From: Spirochaetota bacterium | GTDB taxonomy: Bacteria > Spirochaetota > UBA4802 > UBA5550 | Direction of reading: 5' to 3' | DNA length: 64,000 nucleotides | Assembly: GCA_963663865.1 (NCBI GenBank) | Contig: OY760686.1 | Location: 1,120,001-1,184,000, forward strand | Part shown: positions 52,022-60,537 of the stretch, in pieces | Position numbering within the stretch: position 1 is the first letter of the stretch | Layout: each line of letters begins with the position of its first letter | Translations under genes and position numbers: made by a program | Notes under the pieces: generated by a model | Database searches by the model: none | What the model was told of the DNA's origin: nothing | Seen by the model: the letters and a program-made list of their open reading frames with translations, nothing else

Positions 52022-54862
52022 TTATAGTCTGCATACTCCGTCCGAGCATTGCGCGTCTTTATTCGATACGGCTGAATACTCCGCGCTGCCGCTGTCTCTG
52101 CTCGGGCTGTACGGCGGAATCAGGTCAATGCCCAATTCTGAGCCGTTCCCCATGACGCTGTAGTTGCCGGCTCCCCTTGATTTAAGCTCGCCTTTTTTTG
52201 ACTTGTTCCAGTCATGAATAACGCTGAAGTATCCAACAATCCTTGATATTCCGTCCACATCCGCGCTTCCGCACTGCTCGCACTTTTCAATTAGCCCGCG
52301 CATTTCGTGATGGCACTGGTTACAGTAAGTGAACTCAGGGCTGATTGTAAGCTGAGCCGATTGGGTCCTGAAGAAGGTATTCTTAACCAGTCTGAATATG
52401 CTTTCTGATGAAGGTCTCTCTTCTCCGACAAACGCGTGCGTAATGGCGCCAGACTCAATCAGTCCGTGGAATAGTCCCTGAATCCTGATTCTCTCAACAA
52501 GGCTTACATTCGAGTCAGCCGACAGGTGTATCGAGTTGGTGTAGTAGATTGTGTCATTATCAAGGCCGCCCTTAACGATGTCATTAGCGTGTTGCGGGAA
52601 GTATATCATGTCAGTCTTTGCAAGCCTTCTGGCTGCGCTCTCTGCCGGCGACTCCTCAAGGGTGAACTTGAGGCCGAACCTTTCCGTGTACTCTCTTAAC
52701 TTAACATTCATTGAAGCTACAATCCTGATTGCAAGCTTAACGGCCTCCGGTGATTCATGCATTTCGAGTCCGGTAATGAACTTGACCGCGTCGTTGACGC
52801 CGATCAGGCCGACAATGTATGTAGCGGACTCAAGGTCGACGTACTTAGTACCGTCGGAGCATTCCTTGCCAATCTGCCAGAGGGGGCCTCCCTTCTGCAT
52901 CATCTTTTCTCCGACGAATTTTTTCTTCAGAAGGTGGGCTTCAATGGCCATGTCCATGGATTCGTAGACTTTTTCAATCAGGCCGTCAATGGTTCTGTTC
53001 CCTTCTTCCGCAGCGAGGTATGCCGCGTGTGGAATGTTGATGGTAACGTTCTGGAAGCCGCAGAAGCGCATGCTTTCAGGGTGCATCAGCATGTAGTTGT
53101 CGTTGATCGTTGTTCTCAGCCTGCAGCAGGCTGAAAGCGTTACCTGATCGCGGTCGAAGATAAAATAGACCGACCCGTTCCTGGACGCTACTTCGCATGC
53201 CCTCCTCAAGATGGCAAGCTGTTTCGGATCGGTGAAGGATTCGGCGCTTACGTGGAAATCGCATTTCGGGAACTCGAATATTCTTCCATTACGGTCACCC
53301 TTTTCCCAGACTTCAAGCATCTTGACCGCGAACTCACCTGCGATATCCTCGTAGTCTCCGTAGGTTACGATTCTCTCTCCGGCCCCGGCCAGATCTTTTT
53401 CAACAGCTGAATCGTAGACAATCTGGCCGCTTTGGTCGAGGACCTCTTTGAGCACGGTCCTTTCGCCGTATTTGAGCTCCATCAGGCTGTATCCGTTTGC
53501 TGTTTTGACGCCGGTGCTGTATTCGTCAAGGAAGACCTTAACTCCGTCGGCAATCATCAGCATGTAGCGTCCTCCTGCTCCGATAGCCGGCACCTTCTTC
53601 ATGTACTCAGGTACGCCTGAGTGGATGTTGAAGTCGAGGAAGATGCTCTGTCCTCCTCTCGAGAAAGCGTTCTGAGAGCCGTTGAATATGAGCTCCTGTG
53701 CCCTCTGGTACAGCTCTTTTCCTGATAGGCCCTCAAGAAGCGGAGCGTAAAGGATGTTGATATACGCAACCCCGAGCGCGCCGGCATAGTATGCCTGCAT
53801 TGAGGCAAGGAAGGTGTTAAGGTGTCCGGTAAGCACCTGGGCCGATTTCGCAGGGTCGGATTCGCTTGTCAGGTTGACCAGGCCTTTGAGGCCGTATTTC
53901 TTGATATACTCGATGGAGTGTGACGAACAGTAGACCCTGTCAGGAAAGCCCAGGTCGTGGATGTGGATTCGTCCCGTAGCGTGAGCCCTTTCGAGCTCTT
54001 CGCCGAAGAGAAAGCGCAGGGCATACTGCTTCAGCACAATCTCGCCGATTGTCTGAGTAACCGCCTCAGGATTGTTGTTTTTGATATTGCTGTTCTCATC
54101 GGATTTTGAGAAGAGAAGGCCCTCGAGAACGGGCTTTGATATGGAGAACTGTGCTGTGTTTTTAAGTGAATCGTGATGGCCGCGCTCCTCGAGCTCATTG
54201 TTGACCATCTCACGTACAAGGGCAGTGCTGATGGTTGATCCGTTCCAGGCGAATGCCCGGTTCTCAACTGATTTTGCTATGCTCCGTGACTGTTCATAGC
54301 CGAGCGTGGTTTCCTTCTGAAGCGCTTCGATTATACGGGACTTGTCCCAGGGAAGAGTCATGTTTTCGGTAGTCGATTCTACAAGCAGAAGCGCGTCTGT
54401 CGAGTCTGGTCTGCCGGCTTCAAGCTTCGTCCTGATTTTGATCTGGTTTCTGATATTCTCACGTTTCTTTCTGTAGAGCTTGAAATATCTCATTACGTCG
54501 TGGTATCCGTTTTGGGACAGGATAATTTCAACGAGGTCCTGCATGTCCTCAATCATAGGAACCCGCGATCCTTCCTTTTCAGCGACGTAGTAGGGGGAGT
54601 TGATGTTGTTAAGCTCCTCTATTACTCTGCGGGTTATCTCTCCGGAGTCTGGAATGCCGCTCTGGGCCTGCAGATCGGCCTTTACCTTTTCTGAAGCCTT
54701 CTCAATTGCAGTGGATATCTTTACTGCGTTGAAAGGCACAATCTGCCCGTCCCGCTTCATGAATCCGTCAAAGCCGTAGCTGCGTCCGTCTGGATTGATT
54801 GAATTGTTACTATTGTGTTCCGGGTTTTTCTGTAATGGTTTTTCGTTCAGTTTAACGTTCAT
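52022..54862 (-). CDS. nrdD: Class III (anaerobic) ribonucleoside-triphosphate reductase with two ATP-cone-like domains
   Basis: KRDG cone, IHIHDLG, YCSSHS, SACCRLR, ESPAES, YYTNS, Zn site CNQC..CEQC and glycyl loop SRIVGY. Confidence 0.97.
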   Translation of the reverse strand: MNVKLNEKPLQKNPEHNSNNSINPDGRSYGFDGFMKRDGQIVPFNAVKISTAIEKASEKVKADLQAQSGIPDSGEITRRVIEELNNINSPYYVAEKEGSRVPMIEDMQDLVEIILSQNGYHDVMRYFKLYRKKRENIRNQIKIRTKLEAGRPDSTDALLLVESTTENMTLPWDKSRIIEALQKETTLGYEQSRSIAKSVENRAFAWNGSTISTALVREMVNNELEERGHHDSLKNTAQFSISKPVLEGLLFSKSDENSNIKNNNPEAVTQTIGEIVLKQYALRFLFGEELERAHATGRIHIHDLGFPDRVYCSSHSIEYIKKYGLKGLVNLTSESDPAKSAQVLTGHLNTFLASMQAYYAGALGVAYINILYAPLLEGLSGKELYQRAQELIFNGSQNAFSRGGQSIFLDFNIHSGVPEYMKKVPAIGAGGRYMLMIADGVKVFLDEYSTGVKTANGYSLMELKYGERTVLKEVLDQSGQIVYDSAVEKDLAGAGERIVTYGDYEDIAGEFAVKMLEVWEKGDRNGRIFEFPKCDFHVSAESFTDPKQLAILRRACEVASRNGSVYFIFDRDQVTLSACCRLRTTINDNYMLMHPESMRFCGFQNVTINIPHAAYLAAEEGNRTIDGLIEKVYESMDMAIEAHLLKKKFVGEKMMQKGGPLWQIGKECSDGTKYVDLESATYIVGLIGVNDAVKFITGLEMHESPEAVKLAIRIVASMNVKLREYTERFGLKFTLEESPAESAARRLAKTDMIYFPQHANDIVKGGLDNDTIYYTNSIHLSADSNVSLVERIRIQGLFHGLIESGAITHAFVGEERPSSESIFRLVKNTFFRTQSAQLTISPEFTYCNQCHHEMRGLIEKCEQCGSADVDGISRIVGYFSVIHDWNKSKKGELKSRGAGNYSVMGNGSELGIDLIPPYSPSRDSGSAEYSAVSNKDAQCSDGVCRL

Positions 54863-54866
54863 ATAC

Positions 54867-55319
54867 TTACTTCCTCAAAAGATTTTTTATTTCCTGCTCA
54901 AATGTCTCCACGTCCTTGAAGTCTTTATAAACCGACGCGAAGCGGATATATGCGACCTTGTCCAGGCTCCTGAGCTCTTCAATTATCAGGTTGCCTATTG
55001 AACCAGATTCGATTTCTTTTTCGTATTGCTTTCTGATGATGGTCTCTATGGTGTCAACGGTGCTTTCAATCTGGTCAGCGCTTACCGGCCTTTTTTCTGT
55101 TGCTTTCAGTATGCCTCTGAGAATTTTTTCTCTGTCAAATGGCTCCCTTTTTCCGTCTTTCTTGACAACCATGAGATTTCCCATCTCTATTCTTTCGTAT
55201 GTTGTGAATCTCTTGTCGCATTCAAGGCAGATTCTGCGCCTTCTTATTGTATTGGCCCCAGATTTCTCTCTTTTGTCGACTACCCTGTGAGAATGTGAAC
55301 CGCAAAATGGACATTTCAT
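54867..55319 (-). CDS. nrdR: Transcriptional repressor NrdR
   Basis: MKCPFCG, IRRRRICLECDKRFTTYE and VAYIRFASVY. Confidence 0.98.
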   Translation of the reverse strand: MKCPFCGSHSHRVVDKREKSGANTIRRRRICLECDKRFTTYERIEMGNLMVVKKDGKREPFDREKILRGILKATEKRPVSADQIESTVDTIETIIRKQYEKEIESGSIGNLIIEELRSLDKVAYIRFASVYKDFKDVETFEQEIKNLLRK

Positions 55320-55374
55320 CTCTCTTTCTCCTGAATAAATCTTCGGAATTTGGCAGTATAAGTCAAACAAAAAA

Positions 55375-55421
55375 ATACAATATCTTGTGTAATAATGAAA
55401 AAATAACGCTATATGTTGTGT
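55375..55421. promoter_or_regulatory. Tandem NrdR boxes
   Basis: ATACAATATCTTGTGT (55375-55390) and ACGCTATATGTTGTGT (55406-55421), starts 31 bp apart, match acaCwAtATaTwGtgt upstream of nrdR-nrdD. Confidence 0.88.
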
Positions 55422-55589
55422 ATAGTTCTTTTTTAATATTATGTCTCTAATATTTGTTTAAATTGTAAACAAAATTGTATCCCAGGGTATGTATGAAAGA
55501 ATTATGTATTGCAATTTTTTATATCAGATTTATAGATGCTCAGCTTTCACGGGTTATTTTTATCTCCAATGTGAGTGAAATGATTCATT

Positions 55590-56261
55590 ATGTTCGATAA
55601 AAACGAATTTTCTTCTATTAATGTGGAAGGATTAGACTCTCTCCTGTCAGTTTACGATGAACTTGAAGCAGCTAACACCAGACAAAGAAACGGGTACGGA
55701 TTTGGCTGCCTTGAAGGGTGCTCGATATGCTGCGGCACATCAGCTTTGAACATTGAGGCTACGGTTTTCGAGCTTGTACCCCTTGCCCTGTATCTGCATG
55801 GTGCAGGACTGACAGATCACTTCTACTCTGTTATTACGGGCCGGGGATTTGACTCTTCCTGCGTAATGCATTCCCCCGGCGATCAGGTCTTTACCGGGTC
55901 GGGGTGTTCGGCCTACAGATGGAGGCCGCTTGTCTGCCGTCTGTTCGGATATTCCGCGGTGAGCGGCAGAGATGGGCGTGCCAGGTTCTCAGCCTGCCGT
56001 GTCATGAAAGAGCGCTACCCTGGAATAGCTGACAGAATGAACACCCTGCTTGAGGCAGATTGCGGAATTCCCGTAAACAGCGAGGTAGGCATGCGAGTCT
56101 GTCAGCTCAATCCTGCGCTTGCCTCGAAACGTTACGGTATTAATGAAGCGCTGTTCAGAGCGATAGAGTTTATCGGATTGCGCATGCGCTACGCGGCTGA
56201 GTCGGACAATACGCTTAATGATATTCCACCAATACTTCCTGACGGAGAGAGAAGCGCATGA
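55590..56261 (+). CDS. YkgJ/CxxCxxCC-family cysteine cluster protein
   Basis: CLEGCSICC...C...CSAYRWRPLVCRLFG. Confidence 0.88.
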   Translation: MFDKNEFSSINVEGLDSLLSVYDELEAANTRQRNGYGFGCLEGCSICCGTSALNIEATVFELVPLALYLHGAGLTDHFYSVITGRGFDSSCVMHSPGDQVFTGSGCSAYRWRPLVCRLFGYSAVSGRDGRARFSACRVMKERYPGIADRMNTLLEADCGIPVNSEVGMRVCQLNPALASKRYGINEALFRAIEFIGLRMRYAAESDNTLNDIPPILPDGERSA

Positions 56262-56284
56262 GGTTTTGCCCGGGAGTCTGAGGG

Positions 56285-57196
56285 TCAGTCACTGGTGAGG
56301 GGCTTTATCCTGCCGAACCTGAAGATGAGATAACCCGCTGCGGTAATGAGCGCGTAGCCTGCGGCACTGTAACTGTCGGGAATTTCAGAGAAAACCGCCA
56401 TTCCGATAAGGCTTGAGAAAATTACGTTGGTATAGTTGTATATGGAGATTTCTCCAGCGGGCGCCAGACGGTAAGCGACTGTGAGTGAGAACTGTCCGCC
56501 TGCCGCGGCGAAGCCGGCTCCAATGAGGTAGATGAACTGAAGGGGTCTCGGCATTACAAAGCCTGCCGCCGCGGGCGGAAGCGTTATCAATGTCGATACC
56601 ATCGAAAACCAGAAGACTATCGTATAGCTGTTTTCTTTCCCACCGAGGTAGCTTACAAAGACATAGGCAAGGCCCGCGAACACAGCTGAGAGGAAGCATA
56701 TTACCGCCGGAAATGTCTGTCCGAAGTCAAAGCCCGGTTTGATAATGAGAGCTGAACCGAGTAGCGCGATAAGAAGAGCGGCCATCTGGTTGATGGAGAT
56801 TTTTTCTTTCAGGAAAAAGAATGCAAAAACTGACACAAAAAAAGGATGCATTTTATTCAGCATGCCTGAGTCCGCGAGTATAAGCCTGTCTATCGCGTAA
56901 AAGTAGAAGATTACGCCGATCGTTCCGAAGATGCCTCGTCCGAGCAGAGCCAGTCTGTTCTGCGGGCTGCCCCATGGGCTTTGCCGCTGCTTGGCTAAAA
57001 GTATTACCGCAATGATGAGGCTGACAAGGTTTCTGAAGAAGGCCTTCTCAAATACCGGGATGGGGCCTGACAGCTTGACGAAAGCGCCCATCGCGGCAAA
57101 GCTTAGCGATGAGAGCAGCATCAGGGTGACTGCTTCGGCTTTTTGTTTTGCGGGATTATAGGTGTTCATGGTATTTTTATGATTGATCAAGCCCAT
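56285..57196 (-). CDS. DMT/EamA family transporter
   Basis: Ten-TM pattern; FFRNLV, FFLKEK and AYRLAPA. The true start may be 57169. Confidence 0.9.
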   Translation of the reverse strand: MGLINHKNTMNTYNPAKQKAEAVTLMLLSSLSFAAMGAFVKLSGPIPVFEKAFFRNLVSLIIAVILLAKQRQSPWGSPQNRLALLGRGIFGTIGVIFYFYAIDRLILADSGMLNKMHPFFVSVFAFFFLKEKISINQMAALLIALLGSALIIKPGFDFGQTFPAVICFLSAVFAGLAYVFVSYLGGKENSYTIVFWFSMVSTLITLPPAAAGFVMPRPLQFIYLIGAGFAAAGGQFSLTVAYRLAPAGEISIYNYTNVIFSSLIGMAVFSEIPDSYSAAGYALITAAGYLIFRFGRIKPLTSD

Positions 57197-57313
57197 CTTG
57201 CCGGTTGATTTGGTGCTGCATTTTTTTTAGAATATCGCCGCAGTTTGCCCGGCAGATAAATCAGTGATAATATCGATTTTTTAGTGACTGGAGGATTCGT
57301 CAATGAATTTTCT

Positions 57314-58216
57314 GGCAGGGAGCCTGCCTGGCTTTTTCACACTGGGAGTGTGAGGCCTTTTTTTAGTCACTTTCGTCCGGGTTTTTTGCCGCAGGCTTTA
57401 ACTCGCTCAGCTGTGCGAGACGCATTTTTGGCAGGAAGCCTGCCGTCATTTACACGCTGAGAGCGTGGCACTTCTTTTGCCGCTTTTTGACCGGCCAAAA
57501 AGCGGCGGGAAAAAGCCGTTCCTCAGGCGCCGGAAAGGCTTGGCTTTTGCAATTACCTGTCTGTTGCAGCGCCGTTATCATCATCCTGATGAAACGGCAC
57601 CCGGGCGATTTGCATCCATGCAAATCGCACTGGTTGAGTTGTTGAAACAGGGTGCATACATAGTCTTTCCATCCCCATGATGTTTTGATATTCTGTTTCG
57701 GTATCGGGTTTTGTTATTAAAACGTACGGCATCAGAGAAAATGAAAAAAATTGCATTGGAATATAAAATAATTCACGGCCGAAGGATATGGGACGTGTAA
57801 CTAATAGATATCAAAGGGTAACGATACAACTGGAACATAAACGGTATTGAAACGGTGTACGACTGGAGCAGTAACGGAGATATAACGGAGTAGTAACGGA
57901 GCTGTAGATGTTAACATGAGGCCGTGAGGGAGCAAAAATGCCCGGGACGTTTTTGCATTGTCAGCTGTTGTTGTGAGAAGCCGGGGGATTTTTCCAACAA
58001 GCGGGTGAAGATATCTATGCATTATGGCATATTACGTAATAATATTGATCTAACCGTCATTATGTTCCGGCACCCGGTAGAGCCGCCCAATTTGGGCAGC
58101 TCTACCGGGTGCCGTATTGTGCAGGTATATCTACGCAGGGAACGGTCGAGACTGTTCCGCATCATCCACCAAGACTACATCGAGTCATCCATGGTATAAA
58201 AAGAAAAGCAGCGAGA
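57314..58216. repeat. Composite palindromic repeat cluster, copy B
   Basis: Same modules as 43003-43520 at 57314-57381, 57430-57467, 57605-57650, 58064-58114, 58139-58158 and about 58195-58216. Confidence 0.8.
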
Positions 58217-58221
58217 AAAGC

Positions 58222-58250
58222 TTGACATTAAGAATTGTACTGGTTATGAA
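58222..58250 (+). promoter_or_regulatory. Putative sigma70 promoter of the RHS gene
   Basis: TTGACA-N16-TATGAA, upstream of the GAGGAG RBS and ATG at 58281. Confidence 0.5.
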
Positions 58251-58290
58251 TTTCTCACATACCATTTGAGGAGCCGGCAGATGAATATTA

Positions 58291-58333
58291 TTCAAGCCCT
58301 TTCAAGCCCTTTCAAGCCCTTTCAAGCCCTTTC
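58291..58333 (+). repeat. 10-bp tandem repeat TTCAAGCCCT x4 (+TTC)
   Basis: Four perfect copies starting 10 nt after the first base of ATG 58281. Confidence 0.97.
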
Positions 58334-58344
58334 TGATTATTCTT

Positions 58345-60537
58345 ATGTTATCATTTTTCATTATCTGTGCAGATAATATTTACGCGAACCACGCGGTCAA
58401 TCCCGACGGGTCTTTCGCCTATAGCATTCCAATTGAGGTCCCGCCCGGAACGAATGGAATAGCCCCTTCGCTTTCTCTTACATATAACTCAAACGCCGGC
58501 AACGGAATCTGCGGTGTCGGGTGGCAGCTTTCCGGACTGCCGTACATTACGCGCGACAGTACCTATCCTGTAAACTATGACGGGTTTGACCATTACACAG
58601 GGCCTGCCGGACGGCTGGTAAATATCGGCGGCAGCGTCTATCATTACGAGGATGAGAACTTCTGCAGGGTGGAGGCACATGGTTCTTATGGCGACGGCCC
58701 TGAGTACTGGGTAGAGACAAAGCCTGACGGGACGAAGTATTATTACGGATATAACAGCGGGGAATGCGACTTCGGTTCCAGCTATCGTTCAAAGATATCA
58801 ATGGTAAAAGGCAACGGATCTATAACTTCTAATACAAGGGTCTGGGCCCTGTCAAAGGTTCAGGATATTAACGGAAATTATTACAGCATCAAATATACCC
58901 AGTCAAATGGCCAGTTTTACCCTGAGGAAATTATTTATACCGGAAATGTCGTAACAGATTACGATGTCCGCCGGTCAGTTGAGTTCGATTACGAATCAAG
59001 GACAGACGATATTGCTGATTATTCATCCTCATCAAGAGTCGAGACATATAACAGATTGAAAAGCATAACGGTAAAGCTTGACGGAGATGAGGTCAGGAAA
59101 TACACTCTTTATTACTCAAGCACTTCATCCTATGGAGGGCTTAGAAGCCGTATTGCCAATGTTGCCGACAGCGGTCTGCCTGCGGGAGAAAATTTTTACA
59201 GCTTCAGCTGGACAAACTCGCCTGTATCTTACAACTCTTATTATGGAAATCTGAACTACGATACTGAGAATATTGGTAATTCCTATTTTGGCGATTATGA
59301 TGGTGACGGCAAGCTCGATTACATGATAAAAAACGGCGCCTCCCTGAAGGTTTTCAAATTTAACGGATCAGGCTGGGTTGATATCGGACAGTACTCGGGT
59401 GTCGGTTATGTTTATAATATGATGGTGGATGTGAACGGCGATAATAGATCAGATCAGATAATGCCAACTATGGATTTCTCTCAGGCAGATTACAATTTTC
59501 ATTTCTATCATACAATCAGGTATGCCGGTTCCGGGACACTGGAGAATGTCACTTTCGGCAATGACGCTTATACGGCAAGTGCTGTTACGGTTGATGCCAG
59601 AGTGCGCTACGTTGATGTCAACGGGGACGGGAAATGTGATATAGTGTATAGAGACGCGAATAATAACCACAAATTCCTGTATCGGACTGAACCCGGTCAG
59701 GGGAATTATCCTCAATCCGGGGGGAACTGGAGGCTGGGGACAAGCGTGCAATTCCCGAGCGGGAGCACGGATTCCGGATCTGATTATCCCTGTTTCACAT
59801 ACACTGACGCTACAGGTGATGGGAAAGCTGATATTGTATTTATAAAATACGATCCAGTATCGGGGACAGTTAAAGCAAGGGTTTGTGTAAACAAGGGCTC
59901 AGGATGGCAAGAGAGCTTTACAGCTTATTCATTTCCATCGAGTTATTCTACGATATCTGACAGATATACTGTTACAGACATGAACGGAGATGGACTGACG
60001 GATATTGTTTACAGAAATGATAACAATCAGCATTATATTTATTCAAGCACAGGGACTTCATTCAGGCAGAGCGCGTACACGGATATTTTGGGAACTGAAT
60101 CGGATTCAGCTTATTATAACTACTATGATATGAATGGCGACGGTTGGACGGACATTGTTGCCATGAATTCCTCTGGGAATTTTACAATAGCTCTGGCAAA
60201 GTCTGTCATAGGCAAAAACTGGACCACTGTAAGCAAATCTCTGGGGAACGGAGATAAGGAAAGGTACCGGTTTGGAGATTTCAACGGAGACGGCCGGGTT
60301 GATATTTTATATATCAACAAATCATCAGATCAATTAGTGCTCGGGACTTCATTTTGTAAGGCAATAGAGAAGATTTCTACAGCGACTCCGCCGAATCAGA
60401 CATTAACGAGTGTTGTTTATGAGCTTCCGACAACCATGACAGATAATATTGATGATTGGGTTGCTGACAGTGCTTTATATTTGTCGGGAGGGAGCGGTAA
60501 ATTTATGCCGGATAATACCCCGAGGAGCCTGATATAA
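58345..60537 (+). CDS. N-terminal part of the RHS toxin: SpvB/TcB-like domain plus FG-GAP/VCBS repeats
   Basis: GSFAYSIPIEVPPG..PSLSLTYNS..GNG..GVGW; seven DxxGDxxxD repeats. Confidence 0.88.
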   Translation: MLSFFIICADNIYANHAVNPDGSFAYSIPIEVPPGTNGIAPSLSLTYNSNAGNGICGVGWQLSGLPYITRDSTYPVNYDGFDHYTGPAGRLVNIGGSVYHYEDENFCRVEAHGSYGDGPEYWVETKPDGTKYYYGYNSGECDFGSSYRSKISMVKGNGSITSNTRVWALSKVQDINGNYYSIKYTQSNGQFYPEEIIYTGNVVTDYDVRRSVEFDYESRTDDIADYSSSSRVETYNRLKSITVKLDGDEVRKYTLYYSSTSSYGGLRSRIANVADSGLPAGENFYSFSWTNSPVSYNSYYGNLNYDTENIGNSYFGDYDGDGKLDYMIKNGASLKVFKFNGSGWVDIGQYSGVGYVYNMMVDVNGDNRSDQIMPTMDFSQADYNFHFYHTIRYAGSGTLENVTFGNDAYTASAVTVDARVRYVDVNGDGKCDIVYRDANNNHKFLYRTEPGQGNYPQSGGNWRLGTSVQFPSGSTDSGSDYPCFTYTDATGDGKADIVFIKYDPVSGTVKARVCVNKGSGWQESFTAYSFPSSYSTISDRYTVTDMNGDGLTDIVYRNDNNQHYIYSSTGTSFRQSAYTDILGTESDSAYYNYYDMNGDGWTDIVAMNSSGNFTIALAKSVIGKNWTTVSKSLGNGDKERYRFGDFNGDGRVDILYINKSSDQLVLGTSFCKAIEKISTATPPNQTLTSVVYELPTTMTDNIDDWVADSALYLSGGSGKFMPDNTPRSLI

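Noticed and set aside
53370-53575. Intein in NrdD
   Set aside because: It is too short and has no Cys/Ser start or His-Asn end.
57830-57930. DGR template repeat for RHS 62534-62581
   Set aside because: Mismatches are not confined to adenines, there are indels, and no reverse transcriptase is in the window.
57465-58199. Short ORFs between the DMT gene and the RHS gene
   Set aside because: They derive from repeat modules or degenerate sequence and show no coding signal.
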